DNA from: Escherichia phage phi458
Strand: one strand, 5' to 3'
Sequence record: OP434518
DNA: 44,850 nucleotides
A model generated the notes under the pieces. It did no database searches, was not told where the DNA came from, and saw nothing but the letters and a program-made list of their open reading frames with translations. Positions 27,654 through 37,326 of this stretch are shown here, piece by piece (the first letter of the stretch is position 1; each line of letters opens with the position of its first letter). The position numbers were made by a program, and so were the translations under genes.

Positions 27654-30600
27654 TTTGGGGATTGATGCGGCAGAGTTTAAAAATGAAATTCCCCGTATCA
27701 AAAACCTTCTGAATGGTGCAGCCAGCGATGCAGAACGGTCTTCTGCCCGTATGCAGCGTTTTATGGAGCGTCAGACTCAGGCCGCCCGGCAGACAACGCA
27801 GGCGGCTTCTTCGGCTGCAACAGCCGCATCCGTCCATGCGCAGACGGTGGAGAAGAACGCACAGGCTCATGAACGCATGGCCCGCGAGGTGGAGAAAACC
27901 CGCCAGCGCATGGAGGCGCTGAGCCAGAAAATGCGCGAGGAACAGGCGCAGGCCATGGCTCTGGCGGAGGCTCAGGATAAAGCGGCTGCTGCGTTTTATC
28001 GTCAGATTGACAGTGTGAAACAGGCCAGTGCGGGGCTGCAGGAATTACAGCGTATTCAGCAGCAGATCCGACAGGCCAGAAACAGTGGCGGGATTGGTCA
28101 GCAGGATTATCTGGCGCTGATTTCTGAGGTTACTGCGAAAACCCGTGTTCTTACACAGGCTGAGGAAGAGGCTACCCGACAGAAAGTGGCGTTTATCCGT
28201 CAGCTTAAAGAGCAGGCAACCCGCCAGAATCTTTCATCTTCTGAGTTGCTTCGTGCCAAGGCAGCCCAGCTGGGGGTAAGCAGTGCTGCAGAAGTGTATA
28301 TCCGCAAAATGGAGCAGGCAGGAAAAGCCACGCATTCGCTGGGTCTGAAAAGTGCAGCAGCCCGCCAGGAGATAGGCGTTCTGATAGGTGAACTGGCCCG
28401 CGGCAATTTAGGGGCGCTGAGGGGATCCGGGATAACGCTGGCTAACCGTGCCGGATGGATAGACACACTGATGTCACCGAAAGGCATGATGCTTGGCGGG
28501 GTTATTGGCGGTATTGCCGCGGCCGTCTATGGTCTAGGTAAAGCCTGGTATGACGGTCAGAAGGAGGGGGAAGAATTTAACCGCCAGTTGTCGCTGACGG
28601 GGCATTATGCCGGAGTCACTGCCGGGCAGCTGTGGACGCTCAGTCGTGCTATTTCCGGGAATGGTATCACGCAACATGCTGCAGCCGGTGCGTTGGCGCA
28701 GGTGGTGGGGAGTGGTGCATTTCGTGGAAACGATATCGGTATGGTGGCGAGAGCTGCCGCACAGATGGAGCGATCGGTTGGCCAGTCGGTCAGCGATACC
28801 ATAAATCAGTTTAAGCGGCTGAAGGATGATCCTGTAAATGCCGCGAAGGCTCTGGACAATGAGCTGCATTTTCTTACTGCCACTCAGCTTGAGCAGATAC
28901 GTGTCCTTGGGGATCAGGGACGGTCCAGTGATGCTGCACGGATAGCCATGTCTGCACTGGCAGAGGAAACCGGTCGGCGTACTGCGGATATTGATAATAA
29001 CCTCAATGCGCTTGGCAGTACGCTGAAGTATCTGTCTGATTTGTGGAGTCGTTTCTGGGATGCGGCCATGAATATTGGTCGTGAAGACTCGCTGGATGAA
29101 CAGATTACCGCTTTACAGGAGAAAGTGTCGCGGGCGAAAAGACTCCCCTGGACGGCATCATCTTCTCAGGTTGAATACGATCAGCAGCGTCTTAACGATC
29201 TTCAGGAGAAAAAACGCCAGAAGGATTTGCAGGATGCAAAAGAGCAGGCAGAGCGGAATTATCAGGAGCAACAGAAACGACGTAATGCTGAAAATGCTGC
29301 ACTGAACCGGATGAATGAAACGGAAGCAGCACGACATCAGCGTGAAATTGCGCGTATTAATGCCATGCAGTACGCCGACCAGGCTGTCAGGGATGCGGCG
29401 ATACAACGTGAAAATGAACGTTACGAGAAAGCCCTGGCATCCGGTAAGAAAAAAACACGCGAAACCCGTAATGATGAGGCCACCCGGTTATTGCTGCAGT
29501 ACAGTCAGCAACAGGCACAGGTGGAAGGACAGATTGCTGCTGCAAGACAGTCAGCAGGCATTGCCACTGAAAAGATGACAGAAGCGCATAAACAGCTTCT
29601 GGCTCTGCAGCAGCGCATCAGCGATCTGGACGGGAAAAAACTGACGGCAGATGAAAAGAGTGTGCTGGCCCGTAAAGATGAACTGATTCAGGCACTGACG
29701 CTGCTGGATGTAAAACAGCAGGAGCTTCAGAAACAAACGGCACTCAACGATCTGAAGAAAAAAACAATTCAGCTGACCAGTCAACTGGCTGAAGAAGAGC
29801 GCGCTCAGCGTCAGCAACATGACCTGGATATCGCCACGGTGGGTATGGGTGATCAGCAGCGGCAGCGATATCAGGTACAACTGAGTCTTCGCCAGAAATA
29901 CCAGCAACAGCTGGAGCAGTTGAGGCGGGATAGTGAGCAGAAAGGGACATATAACACGGATGACTACAGAAAGGCCGAGCAGGCGCTGACGGAGAGCCTG
30001 AACCGACAACTGAATGAGAATCGCCGTTACTGGCAACAGCTTGAAGTTGTGCAGGGTAACTGGAAAAACGGTGCCATGCGTGCATTTCAGGATTTTACCG
30101 TGGATGCAGACAATACGGCAGGCACTGCTGAGCAGATGCTTACAGCGGCATTTAACAGTGCAGGTAATGCACTGGCAACCTTCTGTACCACCGGAAAACT
30201 GAACTTCAAATCTTTTACCGCCTCGCTCCTTTCTGATCTGGCAAAAATCATGGCCCAGATGTCCATGATGCAGGCAGTTAAGGGGATTGGTTCGGCGTTT
30301 GGCTGGGGGAGTGCAGCAACTGCCAGTGTGACGCCCAATGCTGATGGTGGTGTTTATCAGTCTGCTGATTTGAGTCGTTACAGTGGCACGGTGGTTAACC
30401 GTCCGACGTTTTTTGCTTTTGCAAAAGGTGCAGGTGTGATGGGGGAAGCTGGGCCTGAAGCCATTCTGCCTCTGCGTCGTGGTGCTGACGGTAAGCTGGG
30501 GGTTGTGGCGGATATTGGTGGTTCAGGTATGGCGATGTTTGCCCCGCAGTACAACATTGAGATCAATAACGATGGCACGAACGGGCAGATAGGTCCGGCT

Positions 30601-30699
30601 GCCCTGAAGGTGGTTTATGACCTCGGGAAAAAAGCAGCAGCGGACTTTATGCAACAGCAGTCCCGTGATGGTGGTCTGTTCTCCGGAGGTGGACGATGA
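27625..30699 (+). CDS. H: Tail tape measure protein H
   Basis: About 1000 aa, coiled-coil rich; N- and C-termini (INNDGTNGQIGPAALKVVYDL...DGGLFSGGGR) resemble lambda H. Confidence 0.9.
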   Translation: MDQIANLVIDLGIDAAEFKNEIPRIKNLLNGAASDAERSSARMQRFMERQTQAARQTTQAASSAATAASVHAQTVEKNAQAHERMAREVEKTRQRMEALSQKMREEQAQAMALAEAQDKAAAAFYRQIDSVKQASAGLQELQRIQQQIRQARNSGGIGQQDYLALISEVTAKTRVLTQAEEEATRQKVAFIRQLKEQATRQNLSSSELLRAKAAQLGVSSAAEVYIRKMEQAGKATHSLGLKSAAARQEIGVLIGELARGNLGALRGSGITLANRAGWIDTLMSPKGMMLGGVIGGIAAAVYGLGKAWYDGQKEGEEFNRQLSLTGHYAGVTAGQLWTLSRAISGNGITQHAAAGALAQVVGSGAFRGNDIGMVARAAAQMERSVGQSVSDTINQFKRLKDDPVNAAKALDNELHFLTATQLEQIRVLGDQGRSSDAARIAMSALAEETGRRTADIDNNLNALGSTLKYLSDLWSRFWDAAMNIGREDSLDEQITALQEKVSRAKRLPWTASSSQVEYDQQRLNDLQEKKRQKDLQDAKEQAERNYQEQQKRRNAENAALNRMNETEAARHQREIARINAMQYADQAVRDAAIQRENERYEKALASGKKKTRETRNDEATRLLLQYSQQQAQVEGQIAAARQSAGIATEKMTEAHKQLLALQQRISDLDGKKLTADEKSVLARKDELIQALTLLDVKQQELQKQTALNDLKKKTIQLTSQLAEEERAQRQQHDLDIATVGMGDQQRQRYQVQLSLRQKYQQQLEQLRRDSEQKGTYNTDDYRKAEQALTESLNRQLNENRRYWQQLEVVQGNWKNGAMRAFQDFTVDADNTAGTAEQMLTAAFNSAGNALATFCTTGKLNFKSFTASLLSDLAKIMAQMSMMQAVKGIGSAFGWGSAATASVTPNADGGVYQSADLSRYSGTVVNRPTFFAFAKGAGVMGEAGPEAILPLRRGADGKLGVVADIGGSGMAMFAPQYNIEINNDGTNGQIGPAALKVVYDLGKKAAADFMQQQSRDGGLFSGGGR

Positions 30700-31025
30700 A
30701 AACCTTCCGCTGGAAAGTGAAACCCGGTATGGATGTGGCTTCGGCCCCTTCCGTAAGAAAGGTGCGCTTTGGTGATGGCTATTCCCAGCGAGCGCCTGCC
30801 GGGCTGAATGCCGACCTGAAAACGTACAGCGTGACGCTTTCTGTTCCCCGTTGGGAGGCCACGGCGCTTGAGTCGTTTCTGGCTGAGCACGGGGGCTGGA
30901 AATCCTTTCTGTGGACGCCGCCTTATGAGTGGCGGCAGATAAAGGTGACCTGCGCAAAATGGTCGTCGCGTGTCAGTATGCTGCGTGTTGAGTTCAGCGC
31001 AGAGTTTGAACAGGTGGTGAACTGA
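30696..31025 (+). CDS. M: Tail tip protein M
   Basis: 109 aa, lambda M length and position. Confidence 0.85.
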   Translation: MKTFRWKVKPGMDVASAPSVRKVRFGDGYSQRAPAGLNADLKTYSVTLSVPRWEATALESFLAEHGGWKSFLWTPPYEWRQIKVTCAKWSSRVSMLRVEFSAEFEQVVN

Positions 31026-31723
31026 TGCAGGATATCCGGCAGGAAACACTGAATGAATGCACCCGTGCGGAGCAGTCGGCCAGCGTGGTGCTCTGGGAAA
31101 TCGACCTGACAGAGGTCGGTGGAGAACGTTATTTTTTCTGTAATGAGCTGAACGAAAAAGGTGAGCCGGTCACCTGGCAGGGGCGACAGTATCAGCCGTA
31201 TCCCATTCAGGGGAGTGGTTTTGAACTGAATGGCAAAGGCACCAGTACGCGCCCCACGCTGACGGTTTCTAACCTGTACGGTATGGTCACCGGGATGGCG
31301 GAAGATCTGCAGAGTCTGGTCGGCGGAACGGTGGTCCGGCGTAAGGTTTACGCCCGTTTTCTGGATGCGGTGAACTTCGTTAACGGAAACAGTGACGCCG
31401 ATCCGGAGCAGGAGGTGATCAGCCGCTGGCGCATCGAGCAGTGCAGCGAACTGAGCGCGGTGAGTGCCTCCTTTGTACTGTCCACGCCGACGGAAACAGA
31501 TGGCGCTGTTTTTCCGGGACGTATCATGCTGGCCAACACCTGCACCTGGACCTATCGCGGCGATGAGTGCGGTTATCACGGTCCGGCGGTCGCGGATGAA
31601 TATGACCAGACAACGTCCGATATCACGAAGGATAAATGCAGCAAATGCCTGAGTGGCTGTAAGTTCCGCAATAATGTCGGCAACTTTGGCGGCTTCCTTT
31701 CCATTAACAAACTTTCGCAGTAA
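31025..31723 (+). CDS. L: Tail tip protein L
   Basis: 232 aa, MQDIRQETLNECTRAEQSASVVLWEIDL... matches lambda L. Confidence 0.9.
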   Translation: MQDIRQETLNECTRAEQSASVVLWEIDLTEVGGERYFFCNELNEKGEPVTWQGRQYQPYPIQGSGFELNGKGTSTRPTLTVSNLYGMVTGMAEDLQSLVGGTVVRRKVYARFLDAVNFVNGNSDADPEQEVISRWRIEQCSELSAVSASFVLSTPTETDGAVFPGRIMLANTCTWTYRGDECGYHGPAVADEYDQTTSDITKDKCSKCLSGCKFRNNVGNFGGFLSINKLSQ

Positions 31724-31728
31724 ATCCC

Positions 31729-32472
31729 ATGACAGAGACAGAATCAGCGATTCTGGCGCACGCCCGGCGATGTGCGCCAGCGGAGTCGTGCGGCTTCGTG
31801 GTGAGAACGCCGGACGGGGAAAGATATTTTCCCTGCGTGAATATCTCCGGTGAGCCGGAGGCGTATTTCCGGATGTCGCCGGAGGACTGGCTGCGGGCAG
31901 AGATGCAGGGTGAGATTGTGGCGCTGGTCCACAGCCACCCAGGTGGTCTGCCCTGGCTGAGTGAGGCTGACCGGCGGCTGCAGGTGCAGAGTGATTTGCC
32001 GTGGTGGCTGGTCTGCCGGGGGACGATTCATAAGTTCCGCTGTGTGCCGCATCTCACCGGGCGGCGCTTTGAACACGGGGTGACGGACTGTTACACGCTA
32101 TTCCGGGATGCTTATCATCTGGCGGGGATTGAGATGCCGGATTTTCATCGCGAGGATGACTGGTGGCGTCACGGTCAGAATCTCTATCTGGATAATCTGG
32201 AGGCCACAGGGCTGTATCAGGTGCCGTTGTCATCAGCACAACCGGGCGATGTGCTGCTGTGCTGTTTTGGTTCATCGGTGCCGAATCATGCCGCCATTTA
32301 CTGTGGTGATGGCGAGCTGCTGCACCATATTCCTGAACAACTGAGCAAACGAGAGAGGTATACCGACAAATGGCAGCGACGCACACACTCCCTCTGGCGT
32401 CACCGGGCATGGCACGCATCTGCCTTTACGGGGATTTACAACGATTTGGCCGCCGCATCGACCTTCGTGTGA
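31729..32472 (+). CDS. K: Tail tip assembly protein K
   Basis: Conserved Cys/His pattern; position as lambda K. Confidence 0.8.
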   Translation: MTETESAILAHARRCAPAESCGFVVRTPDGERYFPCVNISGEPEAYFRMSPEDWLRAEMQGEIVALVHSHPGGLPWLSEADRRLQVQSDLPWWLVCRGTIHKFRCVPHLTGRRFEHGVTDCYTLFRDAYHLAGIEMPDFHREDDWWRHGQNLYLDNLEATGLYQVPLSSAQPGDVLLCCFGSSVPNHAAIYCGDGELLHHIPEQLSKRERYTDKWQRRTHSLWRHRAWHASAFTGIYNDLAAASTFV

Positions 32473-33041
32473 AAACGGGGGCTGAAGCCATCCGGGCGCT
32501 GGCCACACAGCTCCCGGCGTTTCGTCAGAAACTGAGCGACGGCTGGTATCAGGTACGGATTGCCGGGCAGGATGTCAGCACGTCCGGATTAACGGCGCAG
32601 TTACATGAGGCCCTGCCTGATGGCGCTGTGATTCATATTGTTCCCAGAGTCGCCGGGGCCAAGTCAGGTGGCGTATTCCAGATTGTTCTGGGGGCTGCCG
32701 CCATTGCCGGATCATTCTTTACTGCCGGAGCCACCCTTGCAGCATGGGGGGCAGCCATTGGGGCCGGTGGTATGACCGGCATCCTGTTTTCTCTCGGTGC
32801 CAGTATGGTGCTTGGCGGTGTGGCCCAGATGCTGGCCCCTAAACCCAGAACTCTCCGTACACAGACAACGGATAACGGTAAGCAGAACACGTATTTCTCG
32901 TCACTGGACAACATGGTTGCCCAGGGCAATGTTCTGCCTGTTCTGTACGGTGAAATGCGCGTGGGGTCACGTGTTGTCTCTCAGGAGATTAGCACGGCAG
33001 ACGAGGGGGACGGTGGTCAGGTTGTGGTGATTGGTCGTTGA
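32370..33041 (+). CDS. I: Tail tip assembly protein I
   Basis: 223 aa, overlaps the K 3' end as in lambda; Gly/Ala-rich hydrophobic C-terminus. Confidence 0.85.
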   Translation: MAATHTLPLASPGMARICLYGDLQRFGRRIDLRVKTGAEAIRALATQLPAFRQKLSDGWYQVRIAGQDVSTSGLTAQLHEALPDGAVIHIVPRVAGAKSGGVFQIVLGAAAIAGSFFTAGATLAAWGAAIGAGGMTGILFSLGASMVLGGVAQMLAPKPRTLRTQTTDNGKQNTYFSSLDNMVAQGNVLPVLYGEMRVGSRVVSQEISTADEGDGGQVVVIGR

Positions 33042-33058
33042 TGAAAAACGTTTTATGT

Positions 33059-33083
33059 GAAACCGCCTCAGGGCGGTTTTGTC
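33059..33083 (+). terminator. Hairpin and T-run between I and J
   Basis: AACCGCC-tcag-GGCGGTT followed by TTGTCGTTT. Confidence 0.45.
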
Positions 33084-33101
33084 GTTTCTGGAGCGAGAGG
33101 A

Positions 33102-36100
33102 ATGGGTAAAGGCAGCAGTAAGGGGCATACCCCGCGCGAAGCGAAGGACAACCTGAAATCATCCCAGATGCTGAGCGTGATAGACGCCATCAGCGAAGGG
33201 CCGGTTGAAGGTCCGGTGGATGGATTAAAAAGCGTGCTGCTGAACAGTACACCGGTGCTGGACAGTGAGGGGAATACCAACATCTCCGGTGTCACGGTGG
33301 TGTTCCGTGCCGGTGAGCAGGAGCAGACACCGCCGGAGGGGTTTGAATCCTCCGGCTCCGAGACGGTGCTGGGTACGGAAGTGAAATATGACACGCCGAT
33401 CACCCGCACCATTACGTCTGCAAACATCGACCGTCTGCGCTTTACCTTCGGTGTGCAGGCACTGGTGGAAACCACCTCAAAGGGGGACCGGAATCCATCG
33501 GAAGTCCGCCTGCTGGTTCAGATACAACGTAACGGTGGCTGGGTGACGGAAAAGGACATCACCATTAAGGGCAAAACCACCTCGCAGTATCTGGCCTCGG
33601 TGGTGGTGGATAACCTGCCGCCGCGCCCGTTCAGTATCCGGATGCGCAGAATGACGCCGGACAGCACCACAGACCAGTTGCAGAACAAAACGCTCTGGTC
33701 GTCATACACCGAAATTATCGATGTGAAACAGGGCTACCCGAACACGGCACTGGTCGGCGTACAGGTGGATTCGGAGCAGTTCGGCAGCCAGCAGGTGAGC
33801 CGTAATTATCATCTTCGCGGGCGCATTCTGCAGGTGCCGTCGAACTATAACCCGCAGACGCGACAATACAGCGGTATTTGGGACGGAACGTTAAAACCAG
33901 CATACAGCAACAACATGGCCTGGTGTCTGTGGGATATGCTGACCCACCCGCGCTACGGCATGGGGAAACGTCTTGGTGCGGCAGATGTGGATAAATGGGC
34001 GCTGTATGTCATCGGCCAGTACTGCGACCAGTCAGTGCCGGACGGTTTTGGCGGCACGGAGCCGCGCATCACCTGTAATGCGTACCTGACCACACAGCGC
34101 AAGGCGTGGGATGTGCTCAGTGATTTCTGCTCGGCGATGCGCTGTATGCCGGTATGGAACGGGCAGACGCTGACGTTCGTGCAGGACCGACCGTCGGATA
34201 AGGTGTGGACCTATAACCGCAGTAATGTGGTGATGCCGGATGATGGCGCGCCGTTCCGCTACAGCTTCAGCGCCCTGAAGGACCGCCATAATGCCGTTGA
34301 GGTGAACTGGATTGACCCGGATAACGGCTGGGAGACGGCGACAGAGCTTGTGGAGGACACGCAGGCCATTGCCCGTTACGGTCGTAACGTCACGAAGATG
34401 GATGCTTTTGGCTGTACCAGCCGGGGGCAGGCACACCGCGCCGGGCTGTGGCTGATTAAAACGGAGCTGCTGGAAACGCAGACCGTGGACTTCAGCGTGG
34501 GCACAGAAGGGCTTCGCCATGTACCGGGCGATGTCATTGAAATCTGCGATGATGACTATGCGGGCATCAGCACCGGTGGGCGCGTGCTGGCGGTGAACAG
34601 CCAGACGCGGACACTGACGCTCGACCGTGAAATCACGCTGCCAGCCTCCGGCACCACGCTGATAAGTCTGGTTGACGGGCAGGGGAGTCCGGTCAGCGTG
34701 GAGGTTCAGTCCGTCACCGACGGCGTGAAGGTAAAAGTGAGCCGGGTTCCTGACGGTGTTGCTGAATACAGCGTGTGGGGGCTGAAGCTGCCGACGCTGC
34801 GCCAGCGCCTGTTCCGCTGCGTGAGTATCCGTGAGAACGACGACGGCACGTATGCCATCACTGCCGTGCAGCATGTGCCGGAGAAAGAGGCCATCGTGGA
34901 TAACGGGGCGCACTTTGACGGTGACCAGAGCGGCACGGTGAATGGTGTCACGCCGCCAGCAGTGCAGCATCTGACCGCCGAAGTCACTGCAGACAGCGGG
35001 GAATATCAGGTGCTGGCGCGATGGGACACGCCGAAGGTGGTGAAGGGTGTGAGCTTTATGCTTCGCCTGACTGTGGCAGCAGACGACGGCAGTGAGCGGC
35101 TGGTCAGCACGGCCCGGACGACGGAAACCACATACCGCTTCACGCAACTGGCGCCAGGGAACTACAGGCTGACAGTCCGGGCGGTAAATGCGTGGGGGCA
35201 GCAGGGCGATCCGGCATCGGTATCGTTCCGGATTGCCGCACCGGCAGCACCGTCGCGGATTGAGCTGACGCCGGGCTATTTTCAGATAACCGCAACGCCG
35301 CATCTTGCCGTTTATGATCCGACGGTACAGTTTGAGTTCTGGTTCTCGGAAAAGCGGATTGCGGATATCAGGCAGGTTGAAACCACAGCCCGCTATCTTG
35401 GTACGGCGCTGTACTGGATAGCTGCCAGTATCAATATCAAACCGGGCCATGATTATTACTTTTATATCCGCAGTGTGAACACCGTTGGCAAATCGGCATT
35501 CGTGGAGGCTGTTGGTCAGCCGAGTGATGATGCATCCGGTTATCTGGATTTTTTCAAAGGCGAGATAGGGAAAACCCATCTGGCTCAGGAGCTGTGGACG
35601 CAGATTGATAACGGTCAGCTTGCGCCTGACCTGGCTGAAATCAGGACGTCCATTACGGATGTCAGCAATGAAATCACGCAGACCGTCAATAAGAAACTGG
35701 AAGACCAGAGTGCGGCAATTCAGCAGATACAGAAGGTTCAGGTTGATACAAATAATAACCTGAACAGCATGTGGGCTGTGAAGCTGCAGCAGATGCAGGA
35801 CGGACGCCTTTATATCGCGGGTATTGGTGCCGGTATTGAGAACACCCCTGACGGCATGCAGAGTCAGGTGCTGCTGGCGGCGGACAGGATTGCGATGGTT
35901 AATCCTGCGAATGGCAACACAAAACCGATGTTTGTTGGTCAGGGCGATCAGATATTCATGAACGACGTGTTCCTGAAACGCCTGACGGCCCCCACCATTA
36001 CCAGCGGTGGAAATCCACCGGCATTTTCCCTGACACCGGACGGAAAGCTGACCGCTAAAAATGCGGATATCAGTGGCAGTGTGAATGCGAACGCCGGGAC

Positions 36101-36599
36101 GCTCAACAATGTCACGGTAAATGAAAACTGTACGATTAAGGGCATGCTGGAGGCGACTCAGGTCAGAGGTGACTTCGTTAAAGCTGTATCCAAATCATTT
36201 CCGAAACAGGCTGGTACGTGGGGTAACACGGAAACACCAAACGGGACGGTTACAGTCACCATCAGCGATGATCATAACTTTGACCGTCAGATTATTATTC
36301 CGCCCATTATCTTTAACGGAATAGCGTATAGCGATCCGGGAAGTGGTAATAACCCGGGAGGTACAAGATACACGGGTTATGGTTTTGAAGTTCGCAAAAA
36401 CGGTGTATTAATCGCATCCAGAGAAACTAAAGGGGCCATTCCCGGTAGCTACAGTGCGGTTATTGATATGCCGAGTGGCAGGGGAAGCGTCACTCTGGAG
36501 TTTAAGGTTTTCCATAAAGGCAATCAGCGGGCAGGTAATATCACCGACTGTACGGTGATTGTGACCAAAAAAGCCGCTTCCGGCATCAGTATTCGTTGA
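33102..36599 (+). CDS. J: Central tail fibre / tip attachment protein J
   Basis: Starts [20 protein letters not shown] as lambda J; about 1165 aa; C-terminal ~150 aa not recognised as lambda. Confidence 0.9.
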   Translation: MGKGSSKGHTPREAKDNLKSSQMLSVIDAISEGPVEGPVDGLKSVLLNSTPVLDSEGNTNISGVTVVFRAGEQEQTPPEGFESSGSETVLGTEVKYDTPITRTITSANIDRLRFTFGVQALVETTSKGDRNPSEVRLLVQIQRNGGWVTEKDITIKGKTTSQYLASVVVDNLPPRPFSIRMRRMTPDSTTDQLQNKTLWSSYTEIIDVKQGYPNTALVGVQVDSEQFGSQQVSRNYHLRGRILQVPSNYNPQTRQYSGIWDGTLKPAYSNNMAWCLWDMLTHPRYGMGKRLGAADVDKWALYVIGQYCDQSVPDGFGGTEPRITCNAYLTTQRKAWDVLSDFCSAMRCMPVWNGQTLTFVQDRPSDKVWTYNRSNVVMPDDGAPFRYSFSALKDRHNAVEVNWIDPDNGWETATELVEDTQAIARYGRNVTKMDAFGCTSRGQAHRAGLWLIKTELLETQTVDFSVGTEGLRHVPGDVIEICDDDYAGISTGGRVLAVNSQTRTLTLDREITLPASGTTLISLVDGQGSPVSVEVQSVTDGVKVKVSRVPDGVAEYSVWGLKLPTLRQRLFRCVSIRENDDGTYAITAVQHVPEKEAIVDNGAHFDGDQSGTVNGVTPPAVQHLTAEVTADSGEYQVLARWDTPKVVKGVSFMLRLTVAADDGSERLVSTARTTETTYRFTQLAPGNYRLTVRAVNAWGQQGDPASVSFRIAAPAAPSRIELTPGYFQITATPHLAVYDPTVQFEFWFSEKRIADIRQVETTARYLGTALYWIAASINIKPGHDYYFYIRSVNTVGKSAFVEAVGQPSDDASGYLDFFKGEIGKTHLAQELWTQIDNGQLAPDLAEIRTSITDVSNEITQTVNKKLEDQSAAIQQIQKVQVDTNNNLNSMWAVKLQQMQDGRLYIAGIGAGIENTPDGMQSQVLLAADRIAMVNPANGNTKPMFVGQGDQIFMNDVFLKRLTAPTITSGGNPPAFSLTPDGKLTAKNADISGSVNANAGTLNNVTVNENCTIKGMLEATQVRGDFVKAVSKSFPKQAGTWGNTETPNGTVTVTISDDHNFDRQIIIPPIIFNGIAYSDPGSGNNPGGTRYTGYGFEVRKNGVLIASRETKGAIPGSYSAVIDMPSGRGSVTLEFKVFHKGNQRAGNITDCTVIVTKKAASGISIR

Positions 36600-36668
36600 A
36601 ATTGTTATAACCCATATAAGGGCACCAGAAATGGTGCCTTTTTTATTGCAGAAAAGCGAGAGGTAATT

Positions 36669-37268
36669 ATGCGTAAACTTTATGCCGCCATTTTTTCCGC
36701 AGCCATTTGTCTGGCCGTATCCGGTGCGCCTGCATGGGCATCTGAACATCAGTCCACGCTGAGCGCGGGGTATCTTCATGCCTCGACGAACGTTCCCGGC
36801 AGCGATGATCTGAACGGGATTAACGTGAAATACCGTTATGAGTTTACGGACACACTGGGGATGGTGACGTCATTCAGCTATGCAGGAGACAAGAATCGCC
36901 AGCTGACCCATTACAGCGATACCCGCTGGCATGAAGATTCCGTTCGTAACCGCTGGTTCAGCGTGATGGCGGGGCCGTCTGTGCGCGTGAATGAATGGTT
37001 CAGCGCGTATGCGATGGCGGGTGTGGCTTACAGCCGTGTGTCGACTTTCTCCGGGGATTATCTCCGCGTAACTGACAACAAGGGGAAAACGCACGACGTG
37101 CTGACCGGAAGTGATGACGGTCGCCACAGCAACACGTCTCTGGCGTGGGGAGCTGGCGTGCAGTTTAACCCGACCGAATCCGTGGCCATTGATATTGCTT
37201 ATGAAGGCTCCGGCAGTGGCGACTGGCGCACTGACGGTTTCATCATGGGTGTCGGTTATAAATTCTGA
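36669..37268 (+). CDS. lom: Lom outer-membrane protein (Ail/Lom family)
   Basis: Signal peptide MRKLYAAIFSAAICLAVSGAPAWA; beta-barrel pattern ending GVGYKF; position after J as in lambda. Confidence 0.85.
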   Translation: MRKLYAAIFSAAICLAVSGAPAWASEHQSTLSAGYLHASTNVPGSDDLNGINVKYRYEFTDTLGMVTSFSYAGDKNRQLTHYSDTRWHEDSVRNRWFSVMAGPSVRVNEWFSAYAMAGVAYSRVSTFSGDYLRVTDNKGKTHDVLTGSDDGRHSNTSLAWGAGVQFNPTESVAIDIAYEGSGSGDWRTDGFIMGVGYKF

Positions 37269-37326
37269 TTAGCCAGGTAACACAGTGTTATGACAGCCCG
37301 CCGGTTCAGGCGGGCTTTTTTGTGGG

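Noticed and set aside
30923-31579. 218-aa minus-strand ORF across the M/L region
   Set aside because: Antisense to conserved lambda-type tail genes; no start context.
34032-35579. 515-aa ORF on the minus strand inside J
   Set aside because: Antisense to a well-supported tail gene; Arg/Pro/Cys-rich composition typical of a shadow ORF in GC-rich coding sequence.
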